Shown here: piece by piece, positions 49,101-61,800 of the stretch
How the letters are laid out: each line of letters opens with the position of its first letter
Position numbering within the stretch: position 1 is the first letter of the stretch
NCBI RefSeq assembly: GCF_963676685.1
Contig: NC_092354.1
Span: 68,014,001-68,078,000 of the forward strand
Direction of reading: 5' to 3'
DNA length: 64,000 bases
From: Mytilus edulis
Lineage: Eukaryota
Position numbers and translations under genes: made by a program
Notes under the pieces: model-generated
Told to the model about the DNA's origin: nothing
The model's input: only the letters and a program-made list of their open reading frames with translations
Databases searched by the model: none

Positions 49101-51124
49101 TCACAAATGATAATAGAACAATGCCTGTGCCAGTTTTCGTTAATTTTTCCGAAAATCACTGTACTATAAGGCACGTGTCAAATTACATAACTGATAACAC
49201 TATCACCTTAAAAAATGAAGAAAAAAAATATTTGGATAAGAAAATTACCCTGACATTTAGATATATTTACAATAAAAATATGCTTTAAATTTTTAAAATA
49301 TCATTTAATATGCATCGGTTTATGATTAAATGAAAAAAAATAGAAAATTGTTAAGCTGTTTTTTATTTCAGGAAGGAAAATAATGTTTGCATCAAGAAAA
49401 ATAGCCCCTCCTCTATAAATGATCATTAATTTACCTAAGTGGGGGTTTAAATTTGGAGCCTGACTGCCATAAACAACAGATTACGAACAGCAAACAGTGG
49501 ATACACCAATGGATATGTACAATGTATGAAAGACAACGACGGACACAAAATGATTGCACTGTAAAATTTCAACTACCATTAAGATCGATTTTTTTCAAAT
49601 CTCCTTATCAAATTAGACCTGCATTTAAAAAAGACATGGGATATCTATTACCGTTTGGTTTCAAATTGGAATTAAAAATTGTATTTTCCCTAAGAGTTTT
49701 AGGTAAAACCCCGAGAATCTCACCTCCTAGAAATTTGAAGTGTCAGAATGTTTGGAAATATGTATGAATTTTCTTACATACTTGAAATTGTATAAAAGGA
49801 ATAAAAACAAATTCAGTATGTTTACTGTACAAACAAACAACAGACACCAATTGTGTCAGTTCTATTGTTTAATTCATTTTTACTGAGAGAAAAATTTGAT
49901 TAATTGATTATTCAGTGGTTGTTTAAATGTCCAGTGGCAAAAGTTTCATGCATATTCAGGACGAAAAGTCCTTTCAGAAGTATATAATAAAGTATTTGGT
50001 ATAACAAATGTTTAAATTATTTGGTAAATGTCATTTTCTTAGCTAGTTCTAATTAATTTGTACGAATCAAATTTTCTAACAAAATAATATCTTTTGCTCT
50101 AAATTAACATATACGATTCTGATAACAATGGATAATATAAGGAACATTGTAACTTACATAAAAAAGAGATTATGATTGTTTAATCAGTTGTTTTGTCAGT
50201 TCGCTCGTGTCAGTCGGATCACTGATTTTCGCCAATATCAAGGAAAAACCGACACGTTCTAAATAATGTCCAACTACCGATTTATTGGTGAAATTAACCT
50301 AATATGTCCTGTTCATAAGTATATACAATGTATGTACAGAACTACAAAAATTTGCAGTGCATGTTAACATAAAAGAATCAAATAATTTCTGCTATGCTTG
50401 TAGTGAATACGAAAACAGCTTACTATTTTTTTTAGATATATACATACATGTATAAACCGTCAAAGTGAAAAATTATATAACATGAAAATAAAAATACATA
50501 GATCATTCATTTATTGCAATCAGTTATATCAAACATGTAGTTGAAATAATTTCTAGAACCAGTCACTGTCTATAGATATAATGCGTCGGATATTGTATGC
50601 ATATAAATAAAATTAAGATTTTAACTGTATGAAATAAAATTAATTTAGGGTTTCGCGGAACACAATGTCTCGCCTTCTTTTGCCGCTTCTGTCTAAGTTC
50701 AGAAATATTTCCGGTGCATATAAAATAGCCGACTTTAATTTAGTTATTTGAATCTGAGCTGGCTACAAGTATTGCCTTTAATTACAATGCATATAAATTT
50801 TAAATACTATTCTAAATATAAAAGCTTTGAGAATCGTGTAAAAAGCGTTCGTTGTTCATTCGTCAATGAATCATTCAACGTGCGTGTATCGTGCGTGCGT
50901 GTATCGTGCGTGTATCGTGTATTTATCATTCATCGTGTATCGTGCGTGTATCGTGCGTTCATCATTCATCATTCATTTTGCGTTAATCCTCCGTGTAACG
51001 CTCATCGCTCATCGTGCGTGTATCGTGTATCGTGCGTGTACCGTGCGTGTATCGTGCATTCACCGTGCGTGTATCGTGCGTGCGTGTATCGTGCGTGTGG
51101 TCAGTTTGAATTTTAGAAGGTCTG
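43108..51124. mobile_element. 8.0-kb non-autonomous DNA transposon: perfect 27-bp TIR, TA target duplication and subterminal minisatellites
   Basis: TA|CAGACCTTCTAAAATTCAAACTGACCA ... TGGTCAGTTTGAATTTTAGAAGGTCTG|TA. (TATCGTGCGTG)n arrays at about 43135-43385 and about 50875-51097. Confidence 0.85.
46040..46235 (+). pseudogene. Degenerate Mutator/MULE-like transposase fragment
   Basis: FNTYFQKLKERLYDRVLP...*LWTSIICESVKHVFKMAINWKPQSIPEFVKTLYEQVKL resembles the MULE-type TNN-x-x-ES-x-N-x-x-LK region around the catalytic Glu, and has an in-frame stop. Confidence 0.5.
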
Positions 51125-51779
51125 TACCACACACAGCTGTTCATCATGTCACTAGTTTAGATACACCTTTCATAATCTTCTCTTTTATATTCTCTTGAAC
51201 TTTGTTTTGTCTTCAAACTATTTTTATAAGAGCATCCCTTATTAATAACCATAAAAAGACAAAATGTATAGGTGATTGATTAAAATCACAAGGTATTTGT
51301 TCCGGATTCAAAAATAGACGCGAGTCATAGAGGTCTAAAAACGCTATGATATGCTGTCGGAAGAGAAGTCATAATTGATTGGGAATGGAAATATGGTGAC
51401 TTAAACGTCATGGCGGTTTCTGTAAACTGCAATAATGAAGACTATCTTTAATGTTAAGGTTGCAATTCTGTAAATATAGACAATGCAATTTCCCTTTGCG
51501 ACTTAAACTGTGAAACTTTTACTATGAAGTTTCGTGAAAAATAATATCCCAGAACAAAAAGTAAATGTGCACTACTATTTTATTAAAAGGTCAAAATATA
51601 TGGCTGTGTGTCATATTTGAATCAATGAATATTATTTATCTCCCCAAAAGAGGCGTGGTTTGAGACACAGCTGTATTTACATAGTGCAACCTATAGGCTA
51701 TTTTTCATTAGTAAACAACTGATAAAACATAAACATGCATGTACATGCAATCGTTTCCATAGTATTTTGATGGCCTTAC

Positions 51780-52115
51780 CATTGTTTATAATTTCGAAAT
51801 GATAATCACTTGCACCAAGGCGATTCTTTGCTGTTATACGATACTTTTGAAAATCACCAATGTCCAATATTGTATATTCAACTAAAGTCTCATAACCTTG
51901 AATTCCTATTTTATTTTCATATTCTGTGTAATGCAATGTAGCCTCTAGAATGTCGTAGTGGTCCATCGTTATATTTTGCGATCGGTTGAGTCCTAATTTT
52001 TCAATATATATATATCCAACTTTAGGGTAACTGTATAAATAAAATTGAAGTGTAATTGATTTTCCTACTTCACCAATGTTTACATTTCTGTTTTCTTTTG
52101 TAAATACAGGTGGTC
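51780..52115 (-). CDS. Ig receptor copy B, Ig-like domain 5 exon
   Basis: 336 nt, phase 1-1, AAG acceptor. Encodes GPPVF...DFQKYRITAKNRLGA. Confidence 0.75.
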
Positions 52116-52850
52116 CTTAAAGAAAGATACAAACATACTATAAACAGTCTTGTAATCTTAGATGCCATAAGAAATTATTTTACATTTAATTCATATTTCT
52201 TAAACAATGCCTTTCTAGTGAGAATCAAGGCCAAACATTCTTCAACGAGAAGATTCTGTTTTAAAAAGGATCAGCCATTAAGTTATTATGATTTAAAATT
52301 CGAATAGAAATTAAGCGAATAAATTATCAGTACTTCTTAAAAAAAGGGTTAAACCATAGTTTTCGATATCCTTAGCTTGTACAAAACTATCCTCAAGTGA
52401 TTTTGCCATTTGATAAAGGACTTTCCTTTTTGAATTTTCTTTGGAGTATTTCTGTTATTTTACTTTTTGTTACTCAGTAAATATTGATCATTTTCATTTT
52501 GTTTTGTTTCATTGGGTACGTATTCTTAATCTGACTCGGACTTCCTCAACTGTGCGTATTGCTGAGTTTCTTAATTCAACATTGGCTAGATTAAACGAGG
52601 CGGAGTTGAAAGCTTACATAACAGGCAAGACCAAACCTTATTGTCAACCTGATTGTCTTATACGGTTATTTTATGCAAATTTTTGTCTTAAAAACAATGA
52701 ATAAGAGGTAAAGTAAACCATGATGTTTAGTTCTAACAAACTTGTGGTAATGCTTTCATAATAGGAAAACCTATAAAACTAATTTAAAGTCAAAACGAAA
52801 TAAAATATGCAGTAAAAGTAAATAATTGTAGTCTGGTCTTAAAATTTTAC

Positions 52851-53123
52851 CTTCATATTTCACATTTATTGAAGTAGTTTGTAATACCGTTCCATTCAAA
52901 TCGGGTATACCGTTACTGACAAAACACACATATCTACCATTCAGCTGGTACCACAAAGCCTCTCTAGATAAGGTGAACGCTTCATTATTCAAATTTACTG
53001 AACGGACTAGTTGCCCATACTGCGATGTTTGATCTAATCGATAAATCGTATAAATTGCTGGAACCCCATCGCACTTGCACTTTATAGTTCCAGTTGTATA
53101 ATTGATACTCAATGTAGGGGCAT
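52851..53123 (-). CDS. Ig receptor copy B, Ig-like domain 4 exon
   Basis: 273 nt, phase 1-1. Encodes IKCKCDGVP...NGRYVCFVSNGI. Confidence 0.75.
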
Positions 53124-54119
53124 CTGTAATTCAACTTTATCAATTAATTTTGGAATGTATGTAGCAGTATGTCATTAAAGCATATTGGTTCAAAAGCTTT
53201 CTTTCAATAAGCAGCCTGATAAAAATACGATAGCAAACAGAAACAAAAAATCATAACTTTAAATAGGACATTCATACTCTATATTTAAAGCTTTGCAATA
53301 CATTGAATTGAAGATCACAAGTTGAAAAACTATAATGACTTGGAAAACAATTAGTGGTATTCCGTACTTACATTTAATGATTAACCCAACTTCAGTCATT
53401 ATCGACGGTTTTATAATGTCCATACATTTATATTTTGTCATATGATCTGTTCTGTCTGGTATAAACGAATAGTTCACATTTTGTTCCATTTGACACTAAA
53501 TTTAAAGACGTAATATTCATCACATCAATGTCAGCATAACACGTGATTGTTAGTTCTATCCCTTCCTGTCCAACTATCGTACTTTGATATGTTTGGTTTA
53601 TAAACCTTAACACTGCAATAAGAGAACTATTTAGCAAATGAAATTACATTTAATGAGAAAAAAAAAACCGAGAAAAATAGTGTCGTCTTATTCTGTTTCA
53701 ATTTATCTACTTTGCGTTCTATATTTATTGTATTACATGTTCTAGTTACATCTACTTGATGTTCATATCCTTTTAAAATCATCCATCTCTATTAAACTAT
53801 ATACTATCGGTTAAATGATACAACGTAATATTGCTATATATTATAATCCTGTACAAACAATTTCCTTTCAAATGCAAGAAAATACTTAATCAAGTCGAGC
53901 TAGACAGCTATTGCAACCCATATAAACTTGAAAACCTGCTTCTACACAACGGACCATACGCTGTTGACGAATTCGGTCTATCTGCGTTTTCAGTTGATTC
54001 TATTTCATATGTTTCATTTGTTACTTTGATATTTCACTTCAGAAATAGATTTACGAAATTGTTGCAACGGTAGACTATTGTCGCCTTAATTACTAACAGT
54101 CAAAGACAACAATACTTAC

Positions 54120-54380
54120 TCCTGTGACTGGCTACTTCCAGCATCATACTAGTATGATCAAAATGGGGAAAACATTGGTAAATGCCTTCGTCGTCAGAAG
54201 TTACATTATGAACTGTAAGTTTTATATCAAAGTTACTGATTTTTCTGATGTTTCCTCGCCTGTAAATGTCTACGTTGTTATTGACATGTTGAACATCCGT
54301 TTCGAACATGAAAGTAAGCAATGTTGATGATCCTTCTATTGAACAGACTTGTCTATTTGTAAGTGATTTACAGGACGAAT
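54120..54380 (-). CDS. Ig receptor copy B, Ig-like domain 2 exon
   Basis: 261 nt, phase 1-1. Encodes LTVHNVTSDDEGIYQC. Confidence 0.75.
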
Positions 54381-54769
54381 CTATAAAAACACAAAGAAGG
54401 GAAACAATATGTTTTAGCAGTAATTACAATTATCTGTTATACCTTTTCAAATGGGTTTTTAACAATCATATTCTAATTTGTAATAGTTGTTATCTTTTTA
54501 TTTTTAGCCATGGCATTGTCAGTTTAATTTCAATCTATGAGTCTGACTATCCCTCTGGTATCTTTCGTCCCTCTTTTACAATTTTCAATACCTCAGATCT
54601 TGGAATAAAATAAAACTGGGATAATAATAATTAAAACAAACTTATTATTAATAAGATAATTTATTGCGATCTGATTATGACGTGATATTTGCTGCCCCAA
54701 ACATATATAACTTGACAACTATGAAGATCATTCAAATAAAAGTTAAGGCGTTAATAACTGTAAACATAC

Positions 54770-55054
54770 CAGTTGATTTTAGTTCCAATGTAGGATCACG
54801 ATCAAATCGGGAATAAACCATTCTGTACACTCCACTGTCGCTTTTTGTAACATGACTTAACCGAAATTCCAAAATCTGTTTGCTCACTTTAATGGTATAT
54901 TTGCTCGTATTATTTCGGTCAATGTTTTTAAATATACGACTGTCCCTTGCAAAAATGCATTCTGTTTTTTCGGTGATTACTTTAAATGTGAACTGTAACA
55001 TTGATCCTTCCGTAGTATTAACTGTTGTGTTTGAATCAGCCACTATGGGTTTGT
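54770..55054 (-). CDS. Ig receptor copy B, Ig-like domain 1 exon
   Basis: 285 nt, phase 1-1. Encodes VNTTEGSMLQFTF...FRLSHVTKSDSGVYRM...LELKS. Confidence 0.75.
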
Positions 55055-55429
55055 CTGGAAGAAAAGATGTCGTATAGAGAACAACACATATCTTGATCAT
55101 CAAGATGTTCAACTTAACATCTTTATAATGGGATGATTACTATACGTTCTACAGTTAAGATGGTGCTGTCAATCAGATGTGGATTCTTAAAAATTTGAAA
55201 GATTTATTGCTTTAACTTGGATCACAATCTCTGCAATTTTGCAGCAACATTAAGCCTTTGATTGTCTACTCTTTATGTTTATATTCCTCATGCTCAATTG
55301 CAAAATTGACTCACCATCTCATTTCACATTAAAGTCATCTTTTCTATAAAATTTGTATTCATACTTATTAATTTTTTAGTTTTAGTGTAGTTTTAGGTTA
55401 TTGTAATTCTTATTTTGTGAAGAACCATT

Positions 55430-55765
55430 TACCCTAATTCTATCAGAAGTTGATGTTATCAAAATGTTTGATCGACAATACATTTGTTGAGTTTAGAGAA
55501 TTGATATTTCAACATACAACCGGTATTTCAATGGGTAGTAAATGTGCACTCATTCTGGCACGCCTTTTATTCTATTTGTTTTTATACTTGTATGAAACAA
55601 AATTCATTACAAAACCGTCTAAAAGATAGAAAGAAAAAGCACCTTACTTAATTCCCTTATTTTACTTTCAGATATATTGATGGTGTCCTACCACTGAATA
55701 ACCCATATTTCAGTCAGTACTTGCATCTCATGTATCCACGTGAACTTAAAATTAGGAATACTAGA
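55430..55765 (+). mobile_element. Degenerate Penelope-like RT fragment in an intron of Ig copy B
   Basis: ...IFQHTTGISMGSKCA... and ...FTFRYIDGVLPLNNPYFSQYLHLMYPRELKI (decayed GIPMG and YIDD motifs). Confidence 0.7.
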
Positions 55766-57559
55766 TGGACTTATTCATCCATTAGAAAGTATCAGTAGCA
55801 AGTCAGGAATATGACAGTTATTGGTCATTCGTTTGATGTGTTTAATCGTTTGCTTTTGCCATTTGATTCGATACTTTCTGTTTTAATTTTCCTCGGAGTT
55901 CAGTGTTTTTGTGATTTTATTTTTTAGTGGGTTCGGTTGGATATTTGTTATGTCTTATCGTTTGTCGTCTCCATTGTCGAGTAAATTGCCATGTTCTGGG
56001 ATAAAGTAGTGTGTTTTTTCATATAATTATAACGTCGTCACAGCAATAGTCCTTCAAGACCGTCATAATCATGATAATTTTTTAGACTAGTATGTATATA
56101 AACATAATGTAAAATTTGTGGATCTTGTTTCATATAATTGTATGAATTTGCAGCTTATATATGCTTCACAAAAATATGTCCTTGTTTAATGTGTGTCGTG
56201 CTGTTGTTAAATAGATGTCCGTTGTTAATACGACTGTTTTTTTATCAAATAGTACGTTTCTATGTTATTGACGTATTTTTGTAACACTTTGGTGTTTCTG
56301 TTGTTCCACCGTTGATATAGTTTATGTGGTTGTCTCGGTTTTAGTTTTTAATCAATCGATTTTTATTACATTTGAACATCGGTACACTGTTGCCGTTATG
56401 AGTGTATTTATTCTAGTATTTGTTATTGTTTCGATATACTGTTAATTGATGACATTATTCTTACAATAAGCGAATCAGTTATCTTTTGACAGTGTACTGG
56501 TCTAGAGTAGGACCTAACATGGATTAACTTACGGCAAATTCATATCTAGCGTTTACTAAATGATTTAGTGAAATCGGTCGTAAACATTTGTTTTAAAAGA
56601 CTATGGCACATTATATAAAGTAAACATGATATCATCCTGCAATGAAATATACAATTCTTGCTATTAAACGTAAAGAGCCTTTAATTGTGAAATGTTACTG
56701 CAAGTTATTGATTTAAATCAACAGCTGAGAATTTTTTGAAATTGAGCCTTCTTGATGAAGAAGAATTAAGAAAAGCAACAACAGCATAAAGTGTCATATT
56801 AACTTCATCATGTTCATATTCAACTATATTCCATAAAATAGTGCTTTGAATACACTATGATAAGTTTAGCCTACACGATTAAATGTGAACTTACCTTGTA
56901 GCAATAGCAAAACTAATAGTACTTTCGTCACCACCTAACATTAAAAAATACGTTTTAAGTTAAACGTAAGCATTATAGAGTGAATGTAAAATACACAACA
57001 CACTATATTTTTGTAATTGTTTTTATTTGGTTGGTTTTATATACACACAACTTAAGATTGTACGAACATTACCGGATAACATTACCAGATACTGACTGAT
57101 ACAGAAAACGTGTATTTTAAATGAATGAATACGCTCATGAACAAGAAAACATATTACCCCAATTAGAACCAATACAGCAGAATTCTGTTACTATCACAGA
57201 TAGCAGGTAAAAGTTGTTTAACGATATTTAAAACGCGTAAATACAGTTATATATATTCATGTAGTAATAACAAAACAAAATTTAAAAAAAGCATCAAAAT
57301 TTTATCACAGAAATATTGTTTGTTTAGGTTGTTTAAATTTGAGGCAATATAATGTCAGAACATCTAAAGCTTCCAGTCTCAAACGTTTTTTTAACTGCCA
57401 CTCGTTCGATATTGCTGCAATGTACTAATAGACAGTCTGTAACTCCTGAAAAGTACTGAAGAGTTTTTGATTTATCTGATTAATTAATTACATGATTAAT
57501 CCTTGTTAGGAATTTCCATTTTTGAAATATTTATTATTATATTAGGAACAAGGATTTAA

Positions 57560-58145
57560 TTAAGAATATGTGAAAATGTATGTTTTGAAAAATTTAAGGA
57601 AGAATGGTATGACAAGATTATGTCAGATGATAAAAATAAATTACGTACATATAAAATGTTCAAAAATGTATATGGCGTAGAAAATTATTTAATTTTTAAT
57701 ATACCAGGTAGATTCAGGAGTGCTTTAGCAAAATTTAGATGTGGTGTAGCATCCATCAGAATTGAAAAACATGTTTTGTTAAACTGTCCTGTATATTCAT
57801 ATATTCGTAATGTTATTTTTAACCATGCTAGTATTCTTGATGAGAATGTTTTACATATGACTGATAATGAAAAATTTATATTTCTTTTTACAAATGAAAA
57901 TATGGTATTTTATACTGCCAAAATCTGTTATGAAATTTTAATAAAGCGAAAATGTATTTTATATTCATGATAGTTGACTTAAGTTGTATTTGTATTATAA
58001 TTTAAGAAAAATTGTTTTATATATAGTCTCTCATAACTCTTTATAGAGTGGCTCTTGTTGTTAATTTGTGTTTTAAAAAGCTGTATATTGTATATGTATC
58101 AAGTGGTGAGACTTTAATAAAGTATTTGTCTTGTCTTGTCTTGTT
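57560..58145 (+). mobile_element. 3' end of a CR1/L2-group LINE in intron 1 of Ig copy B
   Basis: KLRTYKMFKNVYGVENYL...RSALAKFRCG...HVLLNCPVY, followed by AATAAA and a (TTGTC)n tail at about 58115-58145. Confidence 0.75.
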
Positions 58146-60824
58146 TATAACAAAATCTCTGTGAGCATATTCTTCAAAATAGCAGAATATTAAAAAAAAC
58201 TTCAAATGGCTATCAATACAGATGATTGATTTGAAATGTAGTAGCAAATCTCATTTAGCGTATTTGAAATATAACAATTATCAAAACAAAAATGTACGCT
58301 TACCATTGTTGATGAGCAGTCATATATTGTATTTGGTGTAATTATTTCCTTGATTTACATTGTACACTGACATGAGTCACTACCAATTCGTATTTCCGTT
58401 TATTTTAATTAAAAGTTCAGAACCAAATAAGGAAACTAGTATATACCTTAACTGTATATCTTTAAATAATGGAATTTGAAAGCTAAGTGTGAACAATAAT
58501 GAGTATTCAAATACAACATGCAGTGTTTCTTGACAGTTTTGCACAAATAACTTATATCTACATGTATAATATATTTCCTTTGTCATTTAAAGTTTATCTA
58601 ATTTTAATGTAAACATCATATATGTAAACATAAAAAAAAGATGTGGTATGATTGCCAATGAGACAACTCTCCACAAGAGACCAAATGACACAGAAATTTA
58701 CAACTATTTGTGGTCCGAGTACACTGTTATCGTCCTTTGATTTTCATGTCCATGAATATAGTCCCTAGTGTGGACAGTGTGTTACTTGCCAACTCTTTTT
58801 ATACCCCTTCTGAATGTATTTCGTCATGTTTTTGTCTCAAATAGCAAGTAGGGGGATGAATTGATATGTAAAAAAATTGGGTCATGACTTTTAAAGTAAG
58901 GAAGTGATTTGGTCCAGCTGAAAACAGGTTAAAAGTTAGCACTTCGGAAGCTGTCAAAAGATTCCAAGAACCCCTTAACACAAAATTGTCCATTGTTTGA
59001 GTTAGAGCCGATGAAGTTTTCTTTAATTTTGATATAATTTGTCCCTAAAGTAGTACAACACACTGTAAAAATATAATTGAGAAAGCACATGTGGGATTTT
59101 TTTATTTTCATTTATTGTGTAAAAGAAATGCAGTACGAAATAACTGTGTACTCGGACTAGGTCACCGTACGTTATTTCCAATTTCTAGTATATTCAATAT
59201 AATCAGTAAAACAAAAAAAAACAACAACTGTAGATTAAGTGTTTAACTTATAATAAATAAATATCATGGGTGTAGATAAATGAAGAAAGCATCTCAACTA
59301 CAGAATATTCAAATTAAATTGAGAATAGAAATGTCATTGAAACAACAATCTGACCAAAGAGCAGATAACAAACGAAAGCCAACAACGGGTCTTCAACGCA
59401 GCGAGAAAATACCACACCCGGCGTCGGGCCTCAGCTGGCCCCCAAGTGAAAAAAATGTTAAAGAATTTTCTTTTCTGTCATAATATCCTCTGTTAAGATG
59501 CACATTGTTACGCCTCACCTTTTCAACATACTGACGGACTTTTATGTTTAATTTGTGAGTCAATGGCATATTTATACATTGTCACAACCTCAAGAGTGTT
59601 TTTTGTCATTGTGACTCTATGTAGTTAAATCCACATTCGTTGTGTCGTAACTTATGATTGTGTCGGCTTATAAACTTTATAAAACCAATAAAAGTTTGAT
59701 TTACGCAATAGATTTTAAGAAAAACACCTACCTAAAATTCTTAATGAAAAAATATTCAAATGTAAAGCGTTTATGTAAGGAACCGTTCAATATATACAGA
59801 TTGATGGACCGCTGAAAACTGAAGCGGGACAAATACTTTTCACGGTATATATTTTGCCTTTCTGAATATGCATTGTATTGGTCAAAATAATGCGATAAGT
59901 GAGGGAATCAACCTTTTTTATTTTTTTCATTCATTATGTACATTATGGACAACTAGTACTTCAGCAGGTTTAAACATAAAAAAGTGTACCGTAATATCAG
60001 TTATGTTCTAATTCATAACTTCAAGAAAACATAAATTATTTACAAAATGAACTCAACACCTGTGTATGGGATTAGAACACCTGACAGTGTGCAGCAATGC
60101 TTTAATTTAAAGACAAATGAAATATAAAGCGCATCTGTTACTGTCTGCCTAGAACGCTACAGGCTACAAACACAAAAACCAATCTACAAAAATAAAAACA
60201 AAATTCTTCTTTATATGTACGCAAATACATGTTATGAATCAAATTAAAAATTCTCTTCTTACACACATTGTTATTCACATTAATAAAATATAATACAAGA
60301 ACAATGTATTTAGTCGGTCGGAAGGATTGGCAACTTTACTGCACCAAATGCAAACCTCGAATGACACTATCTTAAATTCAAACAACCGCCAAAAGTATAG
60401 CACGAAATATTTGAATTGACCTATAGAATATTCAAATATCACGGTCAGTTTTAACTCGACCAATGCAAACATTTAACCTATTATTTACTTTCAAGACGAT
60501 ATACTGATGAACGAATACACTTGCTAATGTTTACATACAGGTGTACATATACCTTTAATAAATATATGTATCGCTATTTTACGAATGGTTTCTTTTGATC
60601 TTGCTCACTGATAATTTCCTTTCCCAGAGGAGTCGAGAGATATGAAAATTTTTATGATATTATCACCAGAAACTTAAGAAAATTAGCAACGTATTCATAG
60701 GTAAAATAGTGATAAACAGATTATCATTGGTCATCGCAACTCGATTCCTTTTCTCACTTGTGCCGTACCGGCTCAAGCGAGAAAATCAATCACGTTGAGA
60801 GAACCAATGACAATATATAGTTAT

Positions 60825-61800
60825 GTTTAATAATAATATCTTTATTTAAAGAGAGTAGCTCATTTGGATTAAACCAATTTTCAATAAGGCTCTCTACGTA
60901 TACAATGTTAACAATATGAATAAAAAATAATTAATCTACTATTACACACATGTAAACAATAGACGTATATAAAGTAGTATAACAACAACAACAAAAACAA
61001 CAAAAACAACTATGGTATACATTGTGGCTTAACTTATAAATTTAAAAATAAAATGACTTGTAAGAGTTTTTGAATGCAGATATACTTTTTGATTTTTTAA
61101 TTTCATTGTATAATTCTGTATTTGATTTAGGGACAATGAAATTATCCGATGATGAAAGCCGAGTATTGTACGATTGTTTACTACTTGTAGGCACAATAAG
61201 ATTGGATAAATATTTTGGTGCCAGTTGGTGTTTTGATTTATACATTAATAATGATTTGTGGTAAAATATTCTCTTAGTAACAGGAATAATTCCAGATTCC
61301 TTAAATACAAAAAAATGAAATAGTTCAATAGATGGTTTACGAATATCGTGTTCGTTTAAAATAATTCTAGCTGCCCTTTTTTGCAATTTTAGTAAACTGT
61401 CAACTAAAAACTTGTTACAGTTTCCCCATACTGAACAACAGTAATCCAAATGTGGAAGAATATACGCATTGTAAAAAAGAATTCGTGCATTGTGATTCAA
61501 GTATTTCTTGATTCTTTTTAATAAAGCTAATGAAGAATTAACTTTTTTGATTATATGATTAATTTGATCATACCAAGAAAGAGTTTTGTCAACAAAAATA
61601 CCCAGGACTTTTTCACAGTGACTTTCATTAATCTTTTGGCCATTAATGGATACATTTAATGTGTCATTACACATCACAGACAGTTTTTGTTTTGAACCTA
61701 TACACATTGTCTTAGTTTTTGACACATTAACTAACATTTTGTTTTCATCAACCCATTGACAAATATTTTCTAATACAACATTGAGTGTCTGACTTATATG
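60825..61800 (-). mobile_element. 5'-truncated CR1/L2 (Crack-like) LINE, RT C-terminus
   Basis: NVSKTKTMCIG...KVLGIFVDKTLSW...FYNAYILPHLDYCCSVWG...KLQKRAARIIL. AATAAA and a TTA-rich tail lie near 60826-60845 on the minus strand. Confidence 0.85.

Larger units (their letters stand above)
41421..58306 (-). pseudogene. Ig-superfamily receptor copy B (paralog of copy A), disrupted. Exons: 58304-58306 (ATG), 56895-56934, 54770-55054, 54120-54380, 53372-53612 (frameshift), 52851-53123, 51780-52115, 41421-42106
   Basis: Same exon order and phases as copy A. Signal MVVTKVLLVLLLLQ, DEGIYQC in D2, and D4 about 68% identical to copy A by hand count. The D3 exon is 241 nt (23-nt deletion). A premature TAA at 41421-41423 corresponds to CAA in copy A. 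Confidence 0.75.

Noticed and set aside
43088-51198. Cys/Arg/Val-rich ORFs at 43088-43386 and 50748-51198
   Set aside because: They are translations of the subterminal TATCGTGCGTG minisatellites.
60172-60180. Perfect RSS nonamer ACAAAAACC
   Set aside because: There is no CACAGTG-like heptamer 12 or 23 nt upstream and it is not adjacent to an Ig exon. It is expected by chance in AT-rich DNA.
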